A DNA stretch of 63,589 nt, the filler included, from Folioceros fuciformis (Eukaryota), in assembly GCA_049999805.1 (NCBI GenBank). It is 19 parts of 19 records of this genome, joined end to end, with 100 filler letters (N's around TTAATTAATTAA, not from the genome) between each part and the next. Parts side by side here need not be neighbours in the genome. Positions count along the whole stretch, not along the records: positions 22,941 to 26,205 come from JBNGIO010006654.1; positions 26,306 to 27,410 come from JBNGIO010006655.1; positions 27,511 to 29,334 come from JBNGIO010006656.1; positions 29,435 to 32,931 come from JBNGIO010006657.1; positions 33,032 to 35,396 come from JBNGIO010006658.1; positions 35,497 to 38,937 come from JBNGIO010006659.1; 13 more parts are not named here. The stretch is one strand, 5' to 3'. Numbering within the stretch: position 1 is the first letter of the stretch; every line of letters begins with the position of its first letter. The position numbers were made by a program, and so were the translations under genes. Below, piece by piece: positions 24,256 through 36,100 of this stretch. The notes beneath the pieces are model-generated. The model was not told the origin of the DNA and searched no databases. It saw only the letters and a program-made list of their open reading frames with translations.

Positions 24256-27093
24256 GGTACTAAACTATCTATCTTTCCTTATGTGGTCCTTATATAGTGC
24301 TTGATGCGCACATATATAGACGTGCAATACCTTTATATTTTTACTTCCGAGACTTTGCCAATGTTGATCTGGGTTAAATAGCTTGCATAAACAAAAAAAA
24401 CATTATATCGACGTCCAAGGAAGGGAATGTTTGCCAAGATCCAAGGAGAAGAATAACCGTACCAAGATCCAAGGAGAAAAGTGACATTGAGGTTCAAGAT
24501 GAGTACATGTACCAAGGTCCAAGGAGAGTATTTAGACCAAAGTCCAAGGAGTAGATCCCAGCTTTGCAGGGCAGCTCAATCAAGTGTTTGTTAGGATGCG
24601 ATGAGAGGTTTGCATCTTGCTTTCCACCCAATGCTTATGGGTAGAAAACTTATGGACATGGGAATGGATGGATGGGTGGAAGCAGTGCCTTTTCCTAAGG
24701 ACAAGTAATGTTTTGCACAAGCTTGGGCACCAAAGGGAGGGGGCTATGGCTTTCCACCAACAGAAGTGGAATGTCTTGCTTCCTACTAGAAGGAGGACAA
24801 GTAGCGCCATCCTCTTCCGCTTCTAACGGTATGATAGAAGAAAATCAATCATTCATTGAAAAGATGTGGTGGAAACCACTTGAACTTTTGTCCGCTTTTG
24901 TCTTTCCCACCCTTGGAAGCGTTGGTGCTCCCTTTGATGCTTGGTGGTACTTTTTTCGTAAAACTTCTAAAACTCTTGCTTTCTTTCTGCAATTCTTCTC
25001 TTTGGATATCAAAAGCTTTCAATGCTCTTCATCTTTGTCACTCCAACAAAACCTTCGAACCCCTAAACCTTTGAACCTCAGTTTGTTGCATATATTCAAA
25101 CTATTCTCATTTACTCTATCATCACAACCACCTGGCACCAGCTGTCGGATTCTCTTTAGAACACTCCTACGAAACATTGACTCAGGAAGCTAAACAAGCC
25201 TCGAATCCATGAGAACACGATATCCTTCTAGAAACAAAGGAGAGGACGAACAAGAGAAGGGAAACTTACAAATGATACCTTCTCAAGTTTTGCACAAAAG
25301 CTTCTTGCATATCTATCGTACCGTATCATGTTGAAGATGGAGGTAGGAACAAAGTTTGAACTCTTCAAAAGCTGTAAGGCCCACCAGGAAACAATATAAG
25401 TACATGCCAAAACAGACAATCAAATCACTAATTGAGACATAACCAAAAGCAAAGTTCCCTCATGGTAAGGGCAAGTGTGTTTTCAAGAGCCCTCTTGATA
25501 CTAACAAGGTCCACCCTAGCTATGGCCCCTCCGGCAAAGCAATCAAAAGTGATAGAGGCGCCTAATGCAAATGAAGAATCGATTTACCTCTATATCTAAA
25601 GTGCACGACCCATGTGACAAGTGTGTGATTTTTGACATTGCTGATGAATTTTTACCATCATCATCTCTGCACATGTAGGCGTTTATGTGTTTTTCTCGTA
25701 ACATAGATTACTATCATATTTGCGTCCACAAAAAAAGAAAATAGTCTATGTGACTTAAATTATTATGTAATATTTTTTTTAAGGAACTATAGATAACAAC
25801 AACAACAATAATAAGCCATAATGTTTCTAAACCTATTTTTTTTAAAACAAATAGTACCATACAATTTGATTTTCCCAGCGTATAAGTACATATTAGGTGC
25901 AATACCCCTTGCAAAAGAAGAGCCTGCAATGTGTTGGAATATCGGAAGGTTGAGCGCAACTCTGGAGGGCAGCAAGTTCCGGCGATATAAGCGCACTTGC
26001 CGCACACACTTTCTGAGTAGCGCAAAGGAGAGCCACGAGGGTCCACTAGAGACACTGTGGAGGGTCACCAAAACGGGAAGTTGGCCAAGCTATTGAGCAA
26101 GAAGAGTGAATTGTGAACAAGTAGATCCGGGCTTTGTTCGTATGCAACGCTTGGGCCATCTAGGGTGGTATGTGTTCACATTCGAGTTTCCCACCCTATG
26201 CACATNNNNNNNNNNNNNNNNNNNNNNNNNNNNNNNNNNNNNNNNNNNNTTAATTAATTAANNNNNNNNNNNNNNNNNNNNNNNNNNNNNNNNNNNNNNN
26301 NNNNNTCTAGGGTGGTATGTGTTCACATTCGAGTTTCCCACCCTATGCACATGGTTTTATCTTCTCTATGATGTAGGCAGTAATTGTTGCCAGAGGGATC
26401 AATACCTTCTTCGGCGCACATCATTGTTTCCCCCCGTAGGACGTGTCGTCATAGAACCATTCAAGGTGTCCAGCCGCATCCCGTACCAAAGCAACTTGTT
26501 AGGAGCTAGGAAGTAGACCTTGTCATGCCGTGATTTTGTCTCTGACGAACGTTTGTGATCATCCACGCCTATCTTGAATCGAACCTTGGATTCCATATCA
26601 GTCTATGGAACCTTGGATTCCATATCAAACCTTGCATAGGTACCAACTGTTGGAGGAAGAGCTTGATTTCCTATTCTGATGGCCGTGTTCAAGCTAGCCA
26701 TGAATGTTGTGGGTGGTAATTGTGGGCAGCCACGCTCGCCATGACTGGACAGCGGGACATGGAACACGAAGTCGTTGCCGGCACCATGCTTCTTCCCGTG
26801 GTAGACCCCAAACACACGGGAAGACCCCAAACAAAGTTTGATTCATCAATCGCTATGGTTTCCATTGATCGCAAGCTAGTGCGGGCCCTAGGAGCGAACG
26901 CCTAACAATCGTACACAATCTCACGAGTGGTCTCAAGCAACGCAGCGGAGTAAATAACAAAGTGACTATTGATAAGACAAACCTCGTAGCTTCACAAGTA
27001 AAGCATATAACATTCACCCAGGTACAATATGACGCCACTAGCACATACTAAATATATGTATGCCGTAGTTGAGTCCAAGGACTCTGTAGCCTA

Positions 27094-27410
27094 TCACTGG
27101 CCTAGGTAATCGGGGCCCGTGGGCAGTGACAAAAGGTCCTCTGGGAGATGTGTGTTCGTGCGTCTGCGCAAAGGTGGGAGCTGCCGCTGCTTGCGCTTCT
27201 CTTGCGGTGTTGATGTGGCAGCGGGGCAGTGGTTTGGACCTGTGGGTTGGGTGGCAGGCTTTATTCCAGCCCTTCTCAAATGTCGCAGCAGGTCGTCAAA
27301 TTCCCTCGGCAATACGATGTCCCTGACGAGATTCTTGATATCCTTGTCCACTTGCATCCGGAGCTTAGGGTCCTCAGGATACACCACTTCTGTCCTGAAT
27401 TCGGTGCTTT
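27094..27410 (-). CDS. TFIIE beta subunit-like gene, terminal exon (4b)
   Basis: 27364-27410 equals 22941-22987 (47-bp overlap). Encodes VYPEDPKLRMQVDKDIKNLVRDIVLPREF...AGIKP...RRTNTHLPE, typical of the TFIIE-beta C-terminus. Confidence 0.88.
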
Positions 27411-27510
27411 NNNNNNNNNNNNNNNNNNNNNNNNNNNNNNNNNNNNNNNNNNNNTTAATTAATTAANNNNNNNNNNNNNNNNNNNNNNNNNNNNNNNNNN
27501 NNNNNNNNNN

Positions 27511-30500
27511 CAGTACAGTGGAGTTGAGACGAGTATCTCCTCAAAGCCTTGAGAGCACTTGGTGCTTGGGCTATGCCTTGAGAGCATTTGTTGCTTGGGC
27601 TGTAAGAGCACATGAAAGGTGTTGTGAAGGAGCTGTGGGAGGAGGCCAAGAAAAGGGAGAGCTAAACTCCTAGCTTAGGCAAAGATGGGGAGTTCTCTCT
27701 AGCCCTCCAGCTCTGTATGTTCTTGTTGACTTGTGATTTGAATAAAGAGCAGCAGCAAGGGTGCTGGCTGCAAGTCCTCCTAGAAGAGGAGGGCGGGCTA
27801 CTTGGAGGCCTAGTGCTGTGTCCGGTGTTTAAAACTGACCCTTGCTTTGGCTTCTAACTACGTGGTTCTGCCCCACCCCGTTGAAGGGGGTGTTACTTGT
27901 TGGTATCAGAGCATAGGTTAAAGCATCCTTGACTAGTACGCTAGTTAACGATGGCAGATCCTGCTGAGCCAGGCAAAGCAGAGAGGGTGCGCCGCAGGAA
28001 GGATAAGGCCCCGCTTACCGAAACCGTTGTGGAAGAGCCACAGGCGGATCCTCAAGTCGTGAGAACGACGGAGGAAGGAACTTCGGAGCAAAGGACCGGT
28101 ACCACCATAGAGGACCAGCTCCAAAAAATCGTGAGGAGACTTGATGCTCTAGATCAAGAGATCAAAGGCAAACGTAGGCTCGTTGAAGAAGAGCCAGAAG
28201 AAGTGGAGCCCGAGCCTAAGATTAGTGCTCCTAAGAACGCCAAGAAGTTGAGATTGAGTGTTCCTGCGCATTAGAGTTATAAGGGCGAGCGTGACGTAGA
28301 GAAAATCAGTTCTTGGTTTTTCTCTTTGGAAGCGTACTTGGAATCATGCGGAGTGCCGCAAGACGAGTACTTGAAGCACGTCATGAACTTCTTGGACGAG
28401 TATGCTCTTACTTGGTGGAGGACTTACGTAGAGAACGTAAGGCAAGGCAATCGTAGAGCAACAATCTTCACATGGGCAGACTTCAAGGAAGCGCTGCAAC
28501 TCCGTTTCCAACCAGCTAATGCTGTGAGTTTGGCGCGAAGGATGCTCGACAATGTCAAGCATACTGGAACTTTGCGGGAGTATGTGAGTGAATTCAGCTC
28601 TATTGTCTTGCAATGTCCTGAGATGCATGAGCAAGACAAACTCCACAAGTTTACTAATGGCCTTAAGAGATGGGCTCAAAACAGGATTGCATTGACTAAT
28701 CCTCAAACATTGCAAGAGGCTATGGCAGCAGCAGATGCCATACCGGACATGTTTGTCTAGGAGGCTCCAATCTCCAGGGGGAGATATCTTAGATCTCAGG
28801 GTAGATCTAGAGGCAGAGGACGAGCCACCACCATTGGGAATAGTGCAACTGCTGAGACTACTGCCAGAAGTCGAGGTAGAGGTGATAACAGGAGTTGTGG
28901 AAGACGACGTGTAGCGCCTACCTCTGGTGTATGTTATAGTTGTGGAGAGCAGGGACATTTTACTAGAAATTGTCTACATGCAGGAGCTCCCAACTTGAAT
29001 CTAGTTGCCGCAAATCCACCTGTTCCTAGAGCCAGGATCCAAGAGCTCCCTGAAGAGTCTAGGTGACGCCAGGGGCCACATGTTGTGAGGACATGTGGTG
29101 AGTCATCGAGTGTCAAGGATGACACTATTTCCAGGGAGGGTGGAGACTTGATGTATATATGTGGCAAGATCAATGGCTTGGATGTTGAGCTATTGTTAGA
29201 TTCTGCAGCCACCCATAATTTTGTGACTCCACATAAGGCAAGAGAGCTTGGCCTTGATTGGACTGAAACTTCCACGCCATATAGAATTAGGCAAGCTAAA
29301 GGAACTCTGCAATTTCTGGGTGAATTGCATAGAGNNNNNNNNNNNNNNNNNNNNNNNNNNNNNNNNNNNNNNNNNNNNTTAATTAATTAANNNNNNNNNN
29401 NNNNNNNNNNNNNNNNNNNNNNNNNNNNNNNNNNTAGGCAAGCTAAAGGAACTCTGCAATTTCTGGGTGAATTGCATAGAGTAAAGCTGCAAGTTGATGC
29501 GTGGCAAGGAAGTGTGAGTTTTATCGTCGTGGAGATGGATGATCATGATATCATCCTAGGTCTGGAGTGGTTGAGATCTAATGAAGTGCAAATGGATGTT
29601 AAGTCACGCATTATCGAGATATCCAGAAAGCACAAAGTGAGTTGTGCTAGCAGTAGCCAGAGGCTTGAAAGCGTATCAATACAGCTGATTACAAAAAGAG
29701 AGCTCAAGAAAGACCTCAGGAAAAAGAAGGAGTTATACTTGGTTGTACTCCAAGGACTAGAGGATGGTCTGGAAGAAGATTCCACAGAGGAGAAGAACAT
29801 CCCAAAAGAAATACAAGTTGTACTAGATGAGTTCAAGGACTTGATGCCAGATGAGTTGCCACCATTGCCGTCTCGCAGAGTTGTGGATCATGAAATTGAG
29901 TTGAGGCCAAGGAGTACACCTCCTTCGAGAGCACCATATAGATTGTCACAAGATGAGTTGCAAGAACTCAAGCTACAACCTGTTGGCAAAGGGATATGTC
30001 AGAGTTTCTAAGTCTCCCTTTGGTGCGCATGTGTTATTCAGGCGCAAAAAGAATGGAGGACTTAGATTGTGTCTGGATTACAGAGCTTTGAACCAGATCA
30101 CAATCAAGAATGCATATCCTTTGCCGAGAATGGACGACATGTTTGACAGGTTGAAGGGTGCCAAGTATTTCACCAAGCTAGACCTGATGGCAGGGTACTA
30201 TCAGATCAGGATTGCTGAGGGGCATGAGTACAAAACAGCATGCAGAACAAGGTATGGATCTTTTGAGTTCCTTGTCATGCCATTTGGACTTACTAACGCA
30301 CCTGCTACATTTCAGACTCTTATGAATACTATATTCATAGATCTGGTGGACACGTGTGTTATAATCTATCTGGATGACATTTTGATCTATAGCCATACCT
30401 TGGAGGAACATGTTGAACACTTGAGGAAAGTGTTGCAGAGACTAAGAGAGAATTCTTTGTTCTTGGCAATCAAGAAGTGTGACTTTGTCAAGACAGAAAT

Positions 30501-32931
30501 TTCATTCTTAGGTTTCATTGTCTTTGCCGAGAGCATCAGGATGGATCCTGATAAAGTTAAGGCCATTCAAGATTGGCAGCCCCCTCGAAATATTCATGAG
30601 GTGCGAAGTTTTATGGGTTTGGCTTTTGTGTACAGGAAGTTTGTACATATGTTTGCTAAGATAGCAGCCCCCATAACTGACCTCTTGAAGATAGCAAAAG
30701 CTTGGAAATGGGATGCTGAGTGTCAAGCAGCCTTTGAATGCTTGAAGAAGAAGTTGAGCACGACTCCGGTGTTGGGAATGTATGACCCCAAGAGAGTTGT
30801 GGAAGTGTTTTGTGATGCCTCAGATGTGGCTATAGGTGGAGTTTTGATGCAGGACCAAAAGCCGTTAGCTTTTGAGTCAAGGAAGTTGCATCCTTATGAG
30901 AGGAAGTATCCCACCTATGAGAAGGAAATGACTGCTGTCATCCACTGTCTGAAGGCTTGGAGACACTATCTCTTCGGCAGGTCTTTTGTGCTGTATACTA
31001 ATAATATTAGCACGACGTACTTCTCAAACCAGTTGAAGTTGAATGCGAGGCAAGCTAGATGGCAAGATTTCCTAGCTATGTATGACGTGACTCTTAGATA
31101 TAAACTTGGAAAAGAGAATAAGGTTGCAGATGCGCTGAGCCGCAAGCAGAGTCAAGACGTGAAAGCAATGGCAACTATGATTGAACCTTTGGATGCTCAC
31201 AAAGAGATAAAAGAAGCTTATCTGCAAGATCCTGAAGTGCAGGACTGGATGAATGGGGTGGCAGAGAAAGGAAGCAAGTTCAAACTCAGGGATGGTTCGT
31301 TGATATACAAACAGAAGAGAGTTGTGATCCCTACCTAACTCTGTAGGCTTGAAGAGGAAATTGCTTGCTGAGTGCCATGATGTACCAAGTGCTGGTCACC
31401 GTGGAGGTGATTCAACTTATGAGAAGTTGAGGAGACTATTCTATTGGCAAGGAATGTATCAAGATACATTGGATTATGTCAAGGCATGTGCTGTTTGTCA
31501 GCAGGACAAGGTTGAGCAGGCTAAGCCAAGAGGTTTATTACAGCCCCTACCTATCCCAAGAGGCCCATGGAAAAGTATTTCTATGGACTTCATCATGCCC
31601 TTGCCTCCCAGTAATGGATTTACAGCTATCATGACAGTGGTGGATAGATTCACCAGACAAGCACACTTCATCCCCACCAAGAAGCGAGTGACCGCTTCTG
31701 AGGCAGCAAACTTGTTCAAAAAATATGTGTACAAGTATCATGGCTTGCCCGTGCAGATTGTGAGCGATAGAGATCCAAGATTCACAGGAGAGTTCTGGCA
31801 GCACGTGATGAAGAGCTTGAATGTGCAGCTATGCATGAGTACTGCATACCATCCAGATATTGATGGATTAATTGAGCGAGTCAACCGAATCCAAGAAGAA
31901 TATTTGAGGCACTATGTGCAGATTGATCAGAGAGATTGGGCTGATCATCTTGATGATGCGGAGTTTTGTTACAATAACTCAGTACATAGCTCCCTGGGAT
32001 GTAGTCCCTTTGAGATGAGTGGAAATTTAGCTTTGGATGTGGTATCCATGCTAAATGCTGAAGTTTTCGACACTACCACTGTAGATCCACGCCAATTCGT
32101 TGAGCAATTGAAGGCTAGGCATGAGGTTGCCCAAACGATATAGCCAAGGCTCAAGCACGTCAAAAGAGATATGCTGATAAGCACAGGAGAGAAACTGTCT
32201 TCAATGTTGGGGATAAAGTTTGGGTGAAACTGAAGCATTTCACACTACCCCAAGGATTGTCTTTAAAGTTGAGACCAAAGTATGGAGGTCCATATGTTGT
32301 CTTGAAGCGCATTGGCGAAGTGGCTTACAAGTTAGACTTGCCTGATTGGATTTTTGCACACAATGTGTTTTCATGTATCTATGTTGAAACCATTTGTGCT
32401 GGGCAAAGAGAAAGACGACATGGACAGGAAGAAGTACAATATCCTGGTGCAGCATGATCAAGGATTGCGGGAGATTGAGGAATTCCTTGCAGAAGGTAGC
32501 GTGGCTACGAGACGTGGAACTCTACCACAGTATATGGTAAAGTTGCGTGGGATCTCAACACCAGTTTGGGTAACATTAGAGGATATCCAGAGAGGCTCCT
32601 GGATGATTGCTCATTACACTAGTTATCACTGAGGACAATGATTCTTTCCTAGTGGGGGAGGAAGTAACAACGTTGGTTTGAGTGCCAAGCAAGTAAGCTC
32701 CATGCAAAGGCATGTTTAGCAGAGTAGGTTACTAAGAGAGCATGAGAAGCATGCAGCCCTAGGAAAAAGTGTGTGGTAGTGAATAATAGCTTAAGGCTTA
32801 AGTAAGTGCTTAAGTAAGTAGTTGCTAAGTTAGTGACTTGAGCTTGTGTATAAAAGGGGACCTAGCCAAGGGCTAAAAAAAGTTCAGTACAGTGGAGTTG
32901 AGACGAGTATCTCCTCAAAGCCTTGAGAGCA
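27511..32931 (+). mobile_element. Ty3/gypsy chromovirus LTR retrotransposon, one-LTR cycle over two contigs, decayed
   Basis: PBS TGGTATCAGAGC 27901-27912; PPT AGTGGGGGAGGA 32651-32662; LTR ~610 bp (32663-32884 plus 27511-27897). 47-bp overlaps at both joins. Order gag-PR-RT-RH-IN-chromodomain. Confidence 0.95.
27951..32632 (+). pseudogene. Gypsy gag-pol with stops and frameshifts, C-terminal chromodomain remnant
   Basis: Retrotransposon gag; [43 protein letters not shown] integrase with IVSDRDPRF; GPY motif; EIEEFLAE...QYMVKLRGISTPVWV. Confidence 0.92.
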
Positions 32932-33259
32932 NNNNNNNNNNNNNNNNNNNNNNNNNNNNNNNNNNNNNNNNNNNNTTAATTAATTAANNNNNNNNNNNNN
33001 NNNNNNNNNNNNNNNNNNNNNNNNNNNNNNNCTTCTGATCTGAGATCTTGCATTTCGTTGTGCTTCAACATCGTGTCTTGCTTGCTATTTTCTGGTCTCG
33101 CCTGAGTCGGAGGAATCCTTTCGCAGCTTGCAGCGATTCGACTGCCCACCATCACGGTCAGCAACGTTAACCGGGAAGGAGCGGCAAGAGCGGAGCCTCT
33201 GTCAGAGAGCTTCTTCAACAGGAAAGGGGTTACATCCTTGTGAATTCCATAAGCCCTGC

Positions 33260-34147
33260 ATGACGGCAAATCAGAAGGTGCTCCCAGCGCTGGCGAACGC
33301 GTTCAAAGCTGTTCCTGTGATACCCATCGGGCTCAACGTGAAGGTATCCAGTGTGCTGGTGAAAGACTCTGGGGTTTTCTCCGTGATTGGCGATTTGGTC
33401 AGCCTGTCCGCAGAGGGGGTGTCTAAGGCTTTTCTACACAACGTCCTTGCCCAAGAAGAGAATGGCCACCTGACAGTGACGGAGGAGCTGGGTTCGATTG
33501 ACCAAACGGCGGCGCATGATTCCCGATTGGTCAGACGCCTTCTACACTTCCAACCGGGAGATGATGCTGCGGTCAACAGCGTGCACAAGTGGAAAATCGT
33601 GGTGCCCAGCCACCAAGTGGTATCCGTTGCAGAGGAAACATTGAACGCGGCCTTGGAGAAATTCGTTCCAGACAAGGAGAATCCTCATTTCGGAGGGGAC
33701 AAGGTTCGGACTCTGTGGATTGTGACCCAAGTAATTTTGGTCCATTCGCTCGAGATGCATCCATTCAACAAGGAAGGAGGCTATGTTCGCTTTCCTTCGG
33801 CCCCTCTTGCCGCAGTGCCTGCTGATGTGCAAATCGCCCTCCGAGGTGAGGACGCTCTACAGCAGTTCATCTCCATCCAGGGGTCACAACTGGGCGGTAC
33901 AGGTGCAGTTCGCCCCTTTGCCTTGGCCTTCAGAGGATTGAAGTATACATGTGAGAACGGCGTGTTAAGCAATCCGAGGCGAGCACGGTACCAAGGGCGC
34001 TCCTTGCATGCTCCATCCCTCAGTGTTCCAACTGCGGGACGGGGACTTCTCCGCCGAAGAAGATATGCAAGCCCCTTGGATGATCCAGACATGGCAGATT
34101 TTCTGACTCAAGGTGACTGGTTCGTCACCATCGTGGACAAAGTGTAG
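33260..34147 (+). CDS. Putative gasdermin-like pore-forming protein (bacterial-gasdermin architecture), 295 aa, intronless
   Basis: Intact ORF from the first ATG at 33260. By-eye colinearity with recalled bacterial gasdermins: AVPVIPIGLNVKVSSVLVKDSGVFSVIGDLVSL; RTLWIVTQVILVHSLEM; PFALAFRGLKYTCENGVL; short C-terminal DFLTQGDWFVTI tail. Confidence 0.7.
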   Translation: MTANQKVLPALANAFKAVPVIPIGLNVKVSSVLVKDSGVFSVIGDLVSLSAEGVSKAFLHNVLAQEENGHLTVTEELGSIDQTAAHDSRLVRRLLHFQPGDDAAVNSVHKWKIVVPSHQVVSVAEETLNAALEKFVPDKENPHFGGDKVRTLWIVTQVILVHSLEMHPFNKEGGYVRFPSAPLAAVPADVQIALRGEDALQQFISIQGSQLGGTGAVRPFALAFRGLKYTCENGVLSNPRRARYQGRSLHAPSLSVPTAGRGLLRRRRYASPLDDPDMADFLTQGDWFVTIVDKV

Positions 34148-34364
34148 ACCAGGCAGCTTTGTTGCTGGCCTTCAGGTCAGGCGTGCCATTCGAGTTTTTC
34201 GAGCGACTGTTACAGAAATCTGGGATGCGTTGGAAGCCAGCGATGAAATGCCATGAAAGTTGGTCCCACCAGATTTCTCATCTAGGATTTGTCCCCACCA
34301 TGAAGAAGGGGACTTGTAAATGAAGCACAACCAAGACAGGATACTGCACATCCGATAATGTTAT

Positions 34365-34480
34365 AGACCTCTAGGACCAAGCATCTACTTACATTGAATT
34401 CTAGGATCAAGCATCTCCTTTTATAGAACTCTAGGATCAGGCATCCACTGATGTATGTAGAACTCTAGGATTAAGGATAT
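34365..34480. repeat. ~30-bp minisatellite (CTCTAGGATCAAGCATCT core), 4 copies, downstream of the gasdermin-like ORF
   Basis: TCTAGGAY at ~34371, ~34400, ~34430 and ~34465. Confidence 0.75.
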
Positions 34481-34890
34481 CTACTTTGTGACGCTCTGTT
34501 GATTTCCCCTTCCTCCTTTCCTACAGATTGAATAGAACCAAACGAAAAAGTCACATGGCTATCATCTTCCTTGTTAAAAAATTTCGATTCCAATCCGAAT
34601 AAAGAGTGATTCTATCAGGGTCACAGAGCCTAATCCGCTTTCGCTAAGCGATACTAACGGAGTCCAGTTACAGTTCGCCAAGGTTTTCATTGGATCCATG
34701 GGTCCGAGTCTTTGGATCGTGTTTTTGACAGGTGGAGGTGTGGAGCCCTTGAACGGAGACTTGTTGCATGCATTCCCGGTAGGAGATCTGAAGTCCCAAG
34801 AAACATAATCCACCCACACAGTGTGCCCCCAAGTCCACTGTGGGAATTTGACAGAAACAGCTGCTAAACCCTACACCTGCAGTTCCACAA

Positions 34891-36100
34891 TCAAATCACG
34901 TACACATCACTCTGACCTTGAACTTCTGCCTCGATAGCTTCAGCTTCATCAGAAGAAATTGCCAGCATTTCCCTTAACTGGAGCAACCTTCCGTAATCCA
35001 AGGGATATCCATCCAACCAAGATTTCAGCGCTGACCTATAGAGCTGTGATAACTGCCAGGCACAGAAACCTACAGTAAAGACACAAGGCACCACAACCAC
35101 ATAGAGTAGCGGAAACGATAATCAAGAAAAAGGAGTCGATACGTCCACATTCACTTATTACCTCTCCTTCTTCATAAAAGTCCGGTGTGATGCTACGCCT
35201 GGCTGTTCTGTTTTGCTCAAGGGCAAGTTCTATTTCTATGACGCATCTGGGAACAAAAGCACAGATAACCCATGTCAGTTGTAGCTGCTACAAAACGCAG
35301 CTGAACCAACGTAGACATCGAATGCTTGCGGACATTATTAGACAGCGCTGAGGCAACTTGCAAGAAAACGATCAGAAACAAGCGAAACCCACACACNNNN
35401 NNNNNNNNNNNNNNNNNNNNNNNNNNNNNNNNNNNNNNNNTTAATTAATTAANNNNNNNNNNNNNNNNNNNNNNNNNNNNNNNNNNNNNNNNNNNNGAGG
35501 CAACTTGCAAGAAAACGATCAGAAACAAGCGAAACCCACACACTGGAAGCTGGCAATACAATAATGTATCGAGCACATTGCAGCTGATGGAAAAACCTCA
35601 CGAAGGCGTGAACTCTCGAGAATCCACCATCGTGCACTCACTTGATGAAATTGTTGGAGCGAAGAGCAGCTACAGCCCTGTAGATCATCCCAGTTTGCTC
35701 AACGGATGCCAGTGCTCTTTCATAGCGCTCCAGCATTTCTGGTGATGGCGGCGGGGGTTATCACGTCCTCAGTCCGCTCGTTCAGGAGTTGTTGCCGAGC
35801 ATATGTACCTGACTGGTGGATAAACCAAGCAATCCCAGCTACAGCTGTAAGCAAAACTCCACTTGTCACCCATGCTGGATTTATTGTTGGCGTGCATGGA
35901 CACAAACCATGTTAAAATGAACCTAATACCTCGAGAAACTACTGCTCCCAAAGAACCGACCAGGGCTGTTTCCGCCACAGACCTGTCCAAAGGCTGCGGA
36001 GGAGGCTTATAGGTGTGGGCAGAAATTGCTGCAAAGGAGGCTGTGCCCATGGTCCTGCACAACCTGTGCTGTCATCGAGATGGACAACCCTTCGATGTCC
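34891..36100 (-). pseudogene. Spliced gene of unknown family; last exons 35808-35642, 35246-35162 and 35052-34891; 5' part disrupted
   Basis: Phase-consistent GT-AG introns give PPPSPEMLERYERALASVEQTGMIYRAVAALRSNNFI|KCVIEIELALEQN...EEGE|LSQLYRSALKSW...LLQLREMLAISSDEAEAIEAEV. A frameshift or stops lie near 35760. One intron spans the 47-bp-overlap join. Confidence 0.6.

Noticed and set aside
26399-26900. Second gene within the TFIIE-beta unit
   Set aside because: Only short broken ORFs and a small local duplication; no recognisable domain.
33260-34147. Gasdermin-like ORF as plain bacterial contamination
   Set aside because: Same contig carries phase-consistent GT-AG exons, and no operon structure or adjacent bacterial genes are seen; not fully excluded without reads.
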